Sequence record: MW879344.1
DNA length: 64,000 nucleotides
Direction: 5' to 3' (one strand)
Below the pieces are notes generated by a model. That model did not search any database, had not been told where the DNA came from, and was given only the letters and a program-made list of their open reading frames with translations. Of the stretch, positions 9,134 to 22,995 are shown piece by piece; positions within the stretch are counted from its first letter, which is position 1, and the number at the start of each line of letters is the position of its first letter. A program made the position numbers and the translations under genes.

Positions 9134-9790
9134 TTATAGTGACAAAGCAGGAATTGTTTTGTACACTTTAATTGCAAAGTTACCAGCAGTTGCAGCAGTA
9201 GCGGAAGAAGCAAGAATCACTTCAGCACCAGTACTGGTTAGCATTGGAACACCAGTTAGATCATCAATTAGTAGACGACCTTCATCGATTGTACCAGCAG
9301 GAACACCTTGGAAAGTTGTAAGATCTTTATCAAACACGTTTGCACGTTCAACTAGGAATGTCACTACGTTAGCATCAGCTACAGAAGCAGCACCAGTAAC
9401 ACCAGATGGAGCATTCTTGAAGCCAGATACAGCAACGGCAGCAGCAGTATCAGAAGTTGAAAGAATTACAGCACGTTGTTGAACAATATCAATAACACGC
9501 TTAACGTTAGTTTGTGCAGCATATGCACCAGTGTAATCTGCTGATAGTGAAGCTGAAACGAATTCAGTACCATCAACACGAACAACCCCTTTATCATTTA
9601 AGAAATCAATGATAACATCTGCATCAGTAGTGTTTAGAAAACGTTGTAGTTCAGTGAAAGATGCAACAGCACCAGTAACTTTAACAACAACATCATCAGC
9701 ACCACCAATTGCGATAGATACTAGGGCGTTTTTACCATAGAAATAACCAAGTACACCAGATTCGGAAAAACCATTAATACGTTCTAACAT
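9134..9790 (-). CDS. putative virion (capsid decoration-type) protein, paralog B
   Basis: A/V/T-rich; shares QRAV, F(L/I)VER and AIKV motifs with the upstream gene; AGGAGG SD. Confidence 0.65.
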   Translation of the reverse strand: MLERINGFSESGVLGYFYGKNALVSIAIGGADDVVVKVTGAVASFTELQRFLNTTDADVIIDFLNDKGVVRVDGTEFVSASLSADYTGAYAAQTNVKRVIDIVQQRAVILSTSDTAAAVAVSGFKNAPSGVTGAASVADANVVTFLVERANVFDKDLTTFQGVPAGTIDEGRLLIDDLTGVPMLTSTGAEVILASSATAATAGNFAIKVYKTIPALSL

Positions 9791-9805
9791 ATTTTCGTCC
9801 TCCTA

Positions 9806-10366
9806 TTATACTAGTACTGGTAGAGCAGCAAACACTTTAATTGCTACAGCAGCAGCTAGAGCAGCGGAACCGTCTTTCTTCTGGAATACACCAGCTTGTG
9901 CTAGATTAGTAGCGATTTCAGTAGTAGGATCTACTGTTAGTGCATAAGTAGCACCAGGTTTGTTAACTTGTTTAGTTAGAACATCTTGACGTTCAACGAT
10001 AAAAGTAATACCAAAAGAGTTAGCAGCAAGAGTACCAGCAGAACCGTAAGCGATAACGTTTCCACCAACTGTTCCAAAACCAGAAGCGGTTGGATCAATA
10101 GTATTTGATAGTGCGGAAGTAGTTACTAGTACAGCACGTTGTGCAAGAGCTTGTGCAATGATAAATTGGTTTTTTTCAGCAGCAGATAGTGCAGTTTGAG
10201 CAGCATTATCGCCAGCTTCAGTACCATCAGAAACTACCGCAGTAGTACCGATTTCAACATCTGCTGGTAGAGTAACAACAACAGTTACGAAACCGTTATT
10301 ACCACCCCAAAACTCGCGGCTATGATCTGACATGCCATAGTTGCGGTCAAAAGAATTAAGACTCAT
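9806..10366 (-). CDS. putative virion (capsid decoration-type) protein, paralog A
   Basis: Start at ATG 10366 behind AAGGAG; paralog of 9134-9790; two late-promoter motifs upstream. Confidence 0.65.
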   Translation of the reverse strand: MSLNSFDRNYGMSDHSREFWGGNNGFVTVVVTLPADVEIGTTAVVSDGTEAGDNAAQTALSAAEKNQFIIAQALAQRAVLVTTSALSNTIDPTASGFGTVGGNVIAYGSAGTLAANSFGITFIVERQDVLTKQVNKPGATYALTVDPTTEIATNLAQAGVFQKKDGSAALAAAVAIKVFAALPVLV

Positions 10367-10419
10367 AAAAAATCTCCTTTGTCTAATTTGGTGCAGGTAC
10401 TTGTTGACCTGCTTAATGT

Positions 10420-10492
10420 TATTTATCAAATCTTTTGCGTTGATATTAATTACGCAATAAATCTAATCTAATTCTTATATGCAAATATTTAT
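10420..10492 (-). promoter_or_regulatory. tandem late promoters (ATAAATA at 10426-10420 and 10492-10486)
   Basis: TATTTAT twice on the + strand upstream of the minus-strand structural pair. Confidence 0.55.
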
Positions 10493-10500
10493 TTCTTTAT

Positions 10501-10529
10501 TGGAACCACGCTCTAAAATGTGGTATAAT
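10501..10529 (+). promoter_or_regulatory. middle-type promoter TGGAAC-N17-TATAAT
   Basis: Exact spacing, TGTGG before the -10. Confidence 0.82.
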
Positions 10530-10532
10530 TGA

Positions 10533-11545
<1,013 letters not shown>

Positions 11546-11546
<1 letters not shown>

Positions 11547-12046
11547 TGGCAATTCTAAAGATACTAACTGACTATTCGTTTATCGTTGAGACTAATACTG
11601 GCGAGAAAATGGGAATATTAGTTAATTATGATGAAGGAACCACCGAACGTACTGGAATAGAGTTCTTTAACTCTGATGGGTCGTTTAAATTTGATAGTAT
11701 GTCTGAATTGCAAGAATTGTTAGGTGAAGAATTCACCTATGCTGAAATAGAAGTAACAGATTCAACTAATACTTCTAAAGGATTGGGTGATTATCCAATT
11801 AATGATACTGATAACATTACTGATATATTGTTTGATGATCCGTTGGGGATTGGAACCTTTAGAAAAAGTGCACGTTCCAAAAAACGTTTTTATCCAGGAT
11901 GGTGGATTGTACGTAGTGAAAATGGTTCATATTTGCCTAGATTGACTATAAGTGTAGACATTTACAATGAAAGAAATAATACAGAAGCACTATATGGTCC
12001 GTTTAAGTCCTATATGGATGTAACATATACACTAAAACAACTATAA
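11546..12046 (+). CDS. hypothetical protein
   Basis: Coupled to rnh by a TAATG overlap. Confidence 0.65.
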
Positions 12047-12053
12047 TGAGTAC

Positions 12054-12078
12054 AGTACTGCATCTTGCAGTACTTTTT
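12054..12078 (+). terminator. intrinsic terminator whose arms each contain AGTACT
   Basis: AGTACTGCA-tct-TGCAGTACT-TTTT. Confidence 0.75.
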
Positions 12079-12089
12079 AAGGAAGATTT

Positions 12090-15763
<3,674 letters not shown>

Positions 15764-15781
15764 AATCCCCTTTACTCATGT

Positions 15782-15906
15782 ATAAATAAATGAAACATTA
15801 TACCAAAATATGGTATAATATGAGTAATTCGATAGCACGGCGTGTTATCAAATAAACGTCAGTCATGACGAGAAATATGAAACGTACCGCAAATTTGTGG
15901 TATAAT
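15782..15906 (+). promoter_or_regulatory. promoter stack for the ssb operon: one late motif plus two middle-type promoters
   Basis: TATAAATA 15781-15788; TGAAAC-N17-TATAAT at 15791-15819 and 15878-15906. Confidence 0.82.
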
Positions 15907-15987
15907 ATGAGTGTCAGAAGCAGGAAGCTGATGACAAGATAAGCAAATAAACTAAGTAACAAAGAAACAAATGATAAGGAAATCAAA
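15907..15987 (+). promoter_or_regulatory. putative autogenous translational operator of the ssb gene
   Basis: 5' hairpin (TGTCA..TGACA) followed by about 50 nt of unstructured A-rich sequence up to the AUG, like the T4 gene 32 leader. Confidence 0.5.
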
Positions 15988-17043
15988 ATGGCAACATTAG
16001 CAGAAATTCGTGCTCTATTAAAAGCAGAACAAGACAAAGCAGAAGCAATCAAAAGTGGTACATTCTCAGGCGGTAATGGTCAACCGGATGCGTTTCTAGC
16101 ATTCTGGAACATTCCAGAGAATCAAGATTTGAATCTACGTTTTCTACCAGATTCAGATATTAATAACCCTTACTTCTGGCGTGAGCGTGAGATGATTAAT
16201 CTTGAGTTCAACGGAATTGTTGGTGGTCACACCGATAAAGTTAAATTACAAGTACCTTGTAATGAAATGTGGGTTCCAAATTCTTGCCCTGTTCTTACTG
16301 AAATTCGTCAGTGGTATAAAGCTGCGAACGAAACTGGTAACGAAGATCTAAAGAAACAAGCATCTAAGTACTGGAAAAAGAAATCTTATCTATTCCAATG
16401 CCTAGTAGCTCCAGGTTCAGTTGAAGTTAAAGATGACAACGCACCTGAAAATCCAATTCGTCGTGTTCTAGTGAACAAAGATTTGTTCGAAAAGATTAAA
16501 TCTATTCTAATGAATCCAGACGTTGCTGAACTTCCAACTCATTATCAACATGGACGTGATTTCCGTGTGATTAAGAGTAAGAATGCTGGTGGTTATAACA
16601 ACTACGATGCTTCTCAGTTCAAATTCTCTGAGCGTCCACTAAATGAAGACGAACTAGCTGCAATTGAACAGTATGGCTTATTTGATCTAAGTGAGTTCAT
16701 GCCAAAACAACCAACTCCAGAAGAACTAAATGCAATCCGTGAGATGTTTGAAGCATCTGCGAATGGTGAAGCATATGATCCTTCACGTTGGGCTGCATTC
16801 TACCGTCCAGCGGGTGTTCAAAAACCAGCAAATACTGGCTCAACCAGTACTACTGAAACCGTAAGTACTCCAGTAGCTAAACCTGCACAAACTGTAACTG
16901 CTCCAGTACAAACTACTGTAACAGAAACTGTTGTGGCTCAAGAAGCACCAGTTCAAGAAACCGCTACTGCGGCTCCAACTGAGAGTAAGCAAAAACTTTC
17001 TCCAGCAGAACTAGTTGCAAAACTAAAAGCTAAAGGTGGCTAA
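15988..17043 (+). CDS. gp32: single-stranded DNA-binding protein (T4 gp32-like)
   Basis: LRFLPD, CPV, KYWKKKSY, GRDFRVIK, GYNNYDASQF; T/A/P-rich tail. Confidence 0.9.
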   Translation: MATLAEIRALLKAEQDKAEAIKSGTFSGGNGQPDAFLAFWNIPENQDLNLRFLPDSDINNPYFWREREMINLEFNGIVGGHTDKVKLQVPCNEMWVPNSCPVLTEIRQWYKAANETGNEDLKKQASKYWKKKSYLFQCLVAPGSVEVKDDNAPENPIRRVLVNKDLFEKIKSILMNPDVAELPTHYQHGRDFRVIKSKNAGGYNNYDASQFKFSERPLNEDELAAIEQYGLFDLSEFMPKQPTPEELNAIREMFEASANGEAYDPSRWAAFYRPAGVQKPANTGSTSTTETVSTPVAKPAQTVTAPVQTTVTETVVAQEAPVQETATAAPTESKQKLSPAELVAKLKAKGG

Positions 17044-17061
17044 TTAAAGTTGTAAAGAATT

Positions 17062-17090
17062 AAGGGGCTAAGGAACAGCCCCTTTTCATT
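17062..17090 (+). terminator. intrinsic terminator
   Basis: AAGGGGCT-aaggaac-AGCCCCTT plus T. Confidence 0.75.
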
Positions 17091-17106
17091 TCATGGAGAG
17101 AATTAT

Positions 17107-18243
17107 ATGAAAAACATTTCTGCGGGTCTAAGTAGTATTATCAAAAACAGTACTGCATCAGTTAAAAAGAATTCTGGTGTAAGCATGGGCTTCCATGATC
17201 CAGACACTTGGATTAGTACTGGTAATCTAGCATTGAACTATCGTATTAGCGGCGATTTTAACAAGGGTATCCCTCTTGGTAAAGTAACTATGTTCGCTGG
17301 TGAATCTGGTTCAGGCAAATCATTCATTGTATCAGGAAACATTATTCGTGAAGCACAACGTCAAGGTATATTTGTAGTCTTAATCGACTCTGAAAACGCA
17401 CTTGATTCCGATTGGCTACATGCACTTGGTGTAGATACTTCTGAAGACAAATTACTTAAAATGAATATGGGTATGATTGGTGATGTTGCTAAATTCACTT
17501 ATGAATTCATTGAAGGGTATCGTAAAGATTATGAAGATGTACCACGTGAAGAACGTCCTAAAGTACTATTCGTAATTGACAGTATCGGTATGTTAAACAC
17601 TGAAATTGCAAATGACCAAATGAAAGCTGGTAATCTTAAAGGTGATATGGGTCACAAGCCTAAACAACTTAAAGCTTACATTACTAACTGTGTAAACAGT
17701 ATGGGTGCATTGAATATTGGTATGGTATGTGTAAACCACTCATACGAAAGCCAAGATATGTTCAATCCAGACCCTAAAGTAAGTGGTGGTTCTGGTCTAG
17801 TGTATGCATCTAGTATTCTAGTAGTTATGGGTAAACTAAAACTAAAAGAAGATGAAGATGGTAACAAAACTTCAGAAGTTAATGGTATTCGTGCTAAGTG
17901 TAAAGTTATGAAGACCCGTTATAACAAACCATTTGAAGATGTAGAAATCAAGATTCCTTGGAACGAAGGTATGAATCCTCGTAGTGGATTACTTGACATG
18001 TTCGAAAAATATGGTTTAATTACTAAATCAGGTAACCGTTTACTATATGTTGATATTGACACTGGTGAACAGATTCTTCAGTACCGTAAGGATTGGATGA
18101 ATAATGTAAATTCCTGCTTAGATTTGGTAATGGGACAATTCACACGTCACCCATTGATCTCACACGTTACTGAAGAAGAAAAAGGTGATGAAGATTTTGG
18201 TACAGATATTGAAGTACCAAATACAGAGGTTAATGAGGATTAA
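17107..18243 (+). CDS. uvsX: RecA-like recombinase UvsX
   Basis: WISTGNLALN, Walker A GESGSGKS, DSENAL, VIDSIG, SGGSGLVYAS. Confidence 0.96.
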   Translation: MKNISAGLSSIIKNSTASVKKNSGVSMGFHDPDTWISTGNLALNYRISGDFNKGIPLGKVTMFAGESGSGKSFIVSGNIIREAQRQGIFVVLIDSENALDSDWLHALGVDTSEDKLLKMNMGMIGDVAKFTYEFIEGYRKDYEDVPREERPKVLFVIDSIGMLNTEIANDQMKAGNLKGDMGHKPKQLKAYITNCVNSMGALNIGMVCVNHSYESQDMFNPDPKVSGGSGLVYASSILVVMGKLKLKEDEDGNKTSEVNGIRAKCKVMKTRYNKPFEDVEIKIPWNEGMNPRSGLLDMFEKYGLITKSGNRLLYVDIDTGEQILQYRKDWMNNVNSCLDLVMGQFTRHPLISHVTEEEKGDEDFGTDIEVPNTEVNED

Positions 18244-18245
18244 TT

Positions 18246-18710
18246 ATGGCAAAGGCATGGCATTGGATTATAAAAGACGATAAAACAAAAATCATAGATA
18301 TGGTTGAGTTTTTCGAAACTGAGTTAGAGGACGCAAGACGTGAGATTAAACAAGTCGGTCTTATCGAATCTATTGCTCAAAAATTGCCAGCCTACCATGA
18401 ACAGCGTTTCAGCCAACTACAACAAGTAGAAACAGTTCTCGAAATTCTCGAAATAGAGATGAGACAGCTTGAATCTGAAAAGTTTAAACAATTATTAGAG
18501 CACTACAAACGTGCTCTTACCAGTTCAGACTGTAAGAAGTATGTTGATGGCGATCCTGATGTGGTAGCGTTGTCACAATTGATAGCTGATGTTGCGTATA
18601 TTCGAAATCAGTTGGCAGGTGTTGTAAAATCATTAGAAATGAAAGCGTTCCAGCTTAATAATATAGTACGTTTACGTACTGCTGGTATAGAAGACGCTCG
18701 GATAGATTAA
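18246..18710 (+). CDS. uvsY: recombination mediator UvsY
   Basis: Helical; YKRALTSSDCKKYVDGD and KAFQLNNIVRLRTAG match the UvsY pattern; follows uvsX. Confidence 0.82.
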   Translation: MAKAWHWIIKDDKTKIIDMVEFFETELEDARREIKQVGLIESIAQKLPAYHEQRFSQLQQVETVLEILEIEMRQLESEKFKQLLEHYKRALTSSDCKKYVDGDPDVVALSQLIADVAYIRNQLAGVVKSLEMKAFQLNNIVRLRTAGIEDARID

Positions 18711-18713
18711 TTT

Positions 18714-18745
18714 AAGGACGCTTATTGGCGTCCTTTTTGTTTTTT
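18714..18745 (+). terminator. intrinsic terminator (AAGGACGC family)
   Basis: AAGGACGC-ttattg-GCGTCCTT plus T tract. Confidence 0.82.
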
Positions 18746-18755
18746 GAGAGAATAT

Positions 18756-19628
18756 ATGACAGAAATTGATAAATTTTTCAATAATGTAATGGTATTAGAC
18801 ACTGAAACTACTGGTGTAGATGATAATGCTGACATTATAGAGTTTAGTGCATCATTTCCATTAAGTGCTAATGACACTTTTGAAGAAATGTTAAACTTTA
18901 CTACCCGTTACAAACCAACACAAGAAGTTCCGGCTGAAGCATCAGCAATACACTTCATTGTAACTGAAGATTTGAATGATTCACCTTCATATGCTTCGTC
19001 TGTTAGTGAATTAGAAGGACTATTCGAAATTAAACAGTACTTTGTAGGACACAATGTGCAGTTCGACCGTCGAATGTTAGTAGAAAATAACAAACGAGTT
19101 AATCCTGAAGTTAAAGAAGAATTTTTAGATGATAATCGTTGGATTTGTACCTTAAAATTAGCTAAAAAGCTATTTGCTGAAGACCCTGAGTTTAAAAATC
19201 TTACTTTGAGCTATTTGTGGTTCAAATTTGATTTACATAAGACATGTACCCGCAAAATCATACCTCATAGTGCTGAAGATGATGTGTATATGTGTTATAA
19301 GGTACTTTCACACTTAGTAAATATTGCTGTTGATCGTGGCTTGATTGATTCCAATAAGGAAATTGGTTCACAGGTTGTTGTACTATGTAATACTCCAAAT
19401 ATTTTCACAGTTATGCCAATAGGCAAACATAAAGGTATGTTAATGACTGAAGTTCCGATGAATTATATCGAATGGATGATTAACAACAGTGATATGTTAA
19501 ATGAAAATATGCCAAACTTTGATGCTGATTTAGCAGCAACATTTATTGCTGAAATAATGTCAAGGCATTCGGCACTATCTAATATTGATATGGATATGCA
19601 TGACGGTCAAGAATATCCGCAAGGATAA
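18756..19628 (+). CDS. DEDDh 3'-5' exonuclease (DnaQ/ExoX-like) with C-terminal DUF3820-like motif
   Basis: LDTETTG, GHNVQFD, HSAEDD; MPIGKHKG..VPMNYIEWM. Confidence 0.9.
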   Translation: MTEIDKFFNNVMVLDTETTGVDDNADIIEFSASFPLSANDTFEEMLNFTTRYKPTQEVPAEASAIHFIVTEDLNDSPSYASSVSELEGLFEIKQYFVGHNVQFDRRMLVENNKRVNPEVKEEFLDDNRWICTLKLAKKLFAEDPEFKNLTLSYLWFKFDLHKTCTRKIIPHSAEDDVYMCYKVLSHLVNIAVDRGLIDSNKEIGSQVVVLCNTPNIFTVMPIGKHKGMLMTEVPMNYIEWMINNSDMLNENMPNFDADLAATFIAEIMSRHSALSNIDMDMHDGQEYPQG

Positions 19629-19657
19629 AATGATTTAATAAAAAAAGGAACTCAAGG

Positions 19658-21142
19658 ATGAGTGGAACTTGTAAGTTAATACTTCAAGATGAAGTTAACT
19701 GTAAATTTGAGGGGCTTGCCCCTAATATTCGACAAGAGATGATTCGTAAAGTATCATTTGTTTTACCTTATGCGAAATTCACACCAGCAGGAAGAATGGG
19801 ACGTTGGGATGGTAAAGTAAACTTTATGAATATCGGTGGTAGTACTTACTATCATATGTTAGATCAATTACTACCGATTCTTGAAAAACATAATATCATG
19901 ATTGAAATTGATGATCAACGTATTGAACATGATTTTGTATTCGATGCAATTGATGAAAATATTTTTGATTATGTTGAATTCCCTGCTGGACACCATATGG
20001 AAGGACAAAAGATAGTTCTTCGTGAGCATCAGGTAAATGCAGTAAACACTTGCTTGCAGAACCGACATGGTTTACTATTGGCAAGTACTAGCTCCGGTAA
20101 AACATTAATTACTGCTGCAATGTCAAAAAGTGTTGAAAAGTATGGTAGAAGTATAGTTATCGTACCAAATAAAGATTTAGTCCAACAAACATATAATGAC
20201 TATGCAATGGTTGGTTTAGATGCAGGTGTATTTTATGGTGATAAAAAAGAATTAAACCATCAACATACTATTACTACATGGCAATCATTAAACTCCCTAT
20301 GGAAGAAAACTAAGAAAGGTGAAATTGCTCTAACTGAGCAGGACATTAGTGACTTTATTAGTGGAGTTGTTGCAGTTGTTGTAGATGAAGCACATACGAG
20401 TGCAGCAGAAGCACTACATGCAGTACTTGGACAAGTAATGAAAAATATTCCTTTACGTTGGGGCTTGACTGGTACGATTCCTAAAGATCCAGTACTAGCA
20501 GCTAAGATTAAATGTAATGTAGGGGAGATTATCTATACAATATCTGCAAAAGAATTGCAAGATAAACAAATTCTTAGTACTTGTAATGTCAATTGCATTA
20601 GATTAAAAAGTTCTCTAAAATTTGGTAATTACCAAGAAGAATTGAAGTATCTTGTTACTGACCGTGATAGAATGAAGTATATCGCATCTTTAATAGCTGC
20701 TATAGCTGAATCGGGAAACACATTAGTACTAGTTGATAGATTAGAAGCTGGTGAATTATTATGTGAATTCTTAGGAATACCAAAATCTGAATTTGTTAGA
20801 GGTGAAACTAAGAAGAAAGACCGTGAAGCGTCTTATGGTGAAATACGATGGGCTGATAATAAGATACTTATTGCAACATATGGTGTAGCAAGTACTGGTA
20901 TTAGTATTAGTAGATTATACAATGTAGTACTTATAGAACCTGGAAAAAGTTTTGTAAGAACTATTCAGAGTATAGGTCGTGGACTTCGCCGTGCAGAAGA
21001 TAAAGACCATGTGGAGATCTATGATATTTCGGGCTTCAATAAGTTTAGTGCTAAGCATTCTCGTGAACGAATGTCGTACTATAAAGAAGTTCAATACCCT
21101 TATCAAGAATTGATTGTTGATAATTGGGAAAATATGGAATGA
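19658..21142 (+). CDS. uvsW: SF2 DNA helicase UvsW
   Basis: LREHQ, STSSGKT, VDEAH, GLTGT, QSIGRGLR. Confidence 0.94.
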   Translation: MSGTCKLILQDEVNCKFEGLAPNIRQEMIRKVSFVLPYAKFTPAGRMGRWDGKVNFMNIGGSTYYHMLDQLLPILEKHNIMIEIDDQRIEHDFVFDAIDENIFDYVEFPAGHHMEGQKIVLREHQVNAVNTCLQNRHGLLLASTSSGKTLITAAMSKSVEKYGRSIVIVPNKDLVQQTYNDYAMVGLDAGVFYGDKKELNHQHTITTWQSLNSLWKKTKKGEIALTEQDISDFISGVVAVVVDEAHTSAAEALHAVLGQVMKNIPLRWGLTGTIPKDPVLAAKIKCNVGEIIYTISAKELQDKQILSTCNVNCIRLKSSLKFGNYQEELKYLVTDRDRMKYIASLIAAIAESGNTLVLVDRLEAGELLCEFLGIPKSEFVRGETKKKDREASYGEIRWADNKILIATYGVASTGISISRLYNVVLIEPGKSFVRTIQSIGRGLRRAEDKDHVEIYDISGFNKFSAKHSRERMSYYKEVQYPYQELIVDNWENME

Positions 21143-21163
21143 AAAGATTTTTTGTGATATAAT
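21135..21163 (+). promoter_or_regulatory. middle-type promoter TGGAAT-N17-TATAAT
   Basis: Exact spacing, TGTGA before the -10. Confidence 0.75.
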
Positions 21164-21196
21164 ATAGACAGAACAAAATAAAAAGGATATTTTGAA

Positions 21197-21634
21197 ATGG
21201 AACTTCGTTCGAGTATCGCATTCATTGGCGATTCAGAAATTTTAGAAAATATTGATTCCTTAATTAATGAGGAAACTATAATCGATGACATGGTGTTTTC
21301 GATAGATTTCATTCCTGAGCTTGAAACTAACGATACATATGTTTACCGCTGCACAACTGACGGCGACTCGTGGGTTAATATCTACGACATTAAAACAAGA
21401 CTTGATGACAAACTAGGTCAAGATGGAAAATATGACATAATTTATGCAAGTACTGATGGTACATCATATATAGATGTAATCAGTCATACAGGCAATTTTG
21501 ATGCGTACTTAGATACTGACACTGATAAAATTCAAGAACTATGTGATACCTATGGATTGGAGTTCTACGGAAGTAATGATGATGATGATGATTATTATCA
21601 AGATTCCGATGATGAAAACGACGATTATTATTGA
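21197..21634 (+). CDS. hypothetical highly acidic protein
   Basis: D/E/Y-rich tail NDDDDDYYQDSDDENDDYY. Confidence 0.65.
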   Translation: MELRSSIAFIGDSEILENIDSLINEETIIDDMVFSIDFIPELETNDTYVYRCTTDGDSWVNIYDIKTRLDDKLGQDGKYDIIYASTDGTSYIDVISHTGNFDAYLDTDTDKIQELCDTYGLEFYGSNDDDDDYYQDSDDENDDYY

Positions 21635-21643
21635 GGAAATCAC

Positions 21644-22147
21644 ATGAACGTATTAACACCTGAAAATTATGCATTTGAAATGGATCTAGTAACTGATACA
21701 ATTCCAGAAGAAATGTATTGTGTACTGGATTTGAGTACAGTAGAAGATGCAGATTATTATTTTAAACATATACTGAATACAGTATCGTTTAACAGTATTA
21801 GTGCTGACTTACTAATTGGAAAACATATAGTACAAGTACCGCTCGGCTGGCAGATTTTGCTTGGAGATGAAGATACTGGTATGATGGAAATGTGTACAAT
21901 TGAAAATATTTTGAATATGAAAGACCCTAGAGCCTTTGTATATAACCCTATACGCTCTATGTATCCAAAGTATGAACAGGTTAAAGTGCTACGAGTATTC
22001 ACTTTAACAACTAAGTGGCAAATACCAATGCTACCAAAGAAAAATCTTCTCGCTGTTCCATTATGTAATGGTATAAATCCACCATGTGTGTATTTTGCAG
22101 ATGAAAATGAGAAGATTCAAGATTTATTTTTAGGAATTGGCGAATAA
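21644..22147 (+). CDS. hypothetical protein
   Basis: Intact ORF with GAGGA SD. Confidence 0.7.
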   Translation: MNVLTPENYAFEMDLVTDTIPEEMYCVLDLSTVEDADYYFKHILNTVSFNSISADLLIGKHIVQVPLGWQILLGDEDTGMMEMCTIENILNMKDPRAFVYNPIRSMYPKYEQVKVLRVFTLTTKWQIPMLPKKNLLAVPLCNGINPPCVYFADENEKIQDLFLGIGE

Positions 22148-22995
22148 TGTTTGATTTTACTGGTTTACCTACATCAACTGAAGATGAAGATACCACTGCT
22201 GGATCACAAACCAAGTTAGATATGAATCTATTACTTGAAAAGATTGACATGGCAGATTATGGGTATTATGATACCCTAAGTGATAAAGAAAAGAAGCATT
22301 TCCAACCATACATCGTACTTAGATGGGTAAGTTCATTAGATGATTCCGTTCAGGTAACGTATAATGCCAAAAAAGTTGAGGGAGTATTCAACAAATGGTC
22401 TGGTGGTGGGAAAGAAGCACTAAATGAACTAAAAGATGAGTTTAATAACTCTGGTTCAGGTACTTGTGTGTCTGTAGCAAAGTATGAACATGCAAAATAT
22501 GATTGGAGAATCAAATTTGCAGTTCAAGATATTGCTAGTGCCAATGCTCTTATTGATTCAATGAAGGAATTTGGTATAACTGGTCATGAGATCATATCTC
22601 TTATTGATAGTACTACAATTAAGTACCATATAATTATGCTAAATGATATGGTAAACCAAAACTTTTGGGAGATGAAGAATCACCCTGAGTTGGTTTACCA
22701 ACTTATGTGTTCAGTATCAGAAATGATTGGACCACAAAAACGAGCACATAACTGGTTGTCTCATTGTAAAGGCTTAAAAAACGTTGATAAAGCAATTTTT
22801 GACATTATCAAACGTACACAATCTGAATACACAGCTTCCCAATTGAATGAGGCTGAGTATAAAATTCTATTGAGTACTTATACTAAAGAAACGTTTGAAG
22901 ATTTACTAAAAGACTTAGGTACTGGTGAATCAGAGATTAAAACTCTATTGAAACATTTCAAATCAGAAAGTGAAAAATATGGCAAAAACAATTAA
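22147..22995 (+). CDS. gp62: clamp-loader small subunit (gp62-like) with a large insertion
   Basis: KHFQPYIVLRWVS ... LNDMVNQNFW..HPELVYQLM...KRAHNWL mirrors gp62 motifs, separated by about 90 extra residues. Confidence 0.6.
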   Translation: MFDFTGLPTSTEDEDTTAGSQTKLDMNLLLEKIDMADYGYYDTLSDKEKKHFQPYIVLRWVSSLDDSVQVTYNAKKVEGVFNKWSGGGKEALNELKDEFNNSGSGTCVSVAKYEHAKYDWRIKFAVQDIASANALIDSMKEFGITGHEIISLIDSTTIKYHIIMLNDMVNQNFWEMKNHPELVYQLMCSVSEMIGPQKRAHNWLSHCKGLKNVDKAIFDIIKRTQSEYTASQLNEAEYKILLSTYTKETFEDLLKDLGTGESEIKTLLKHFKSESEKYGKNN

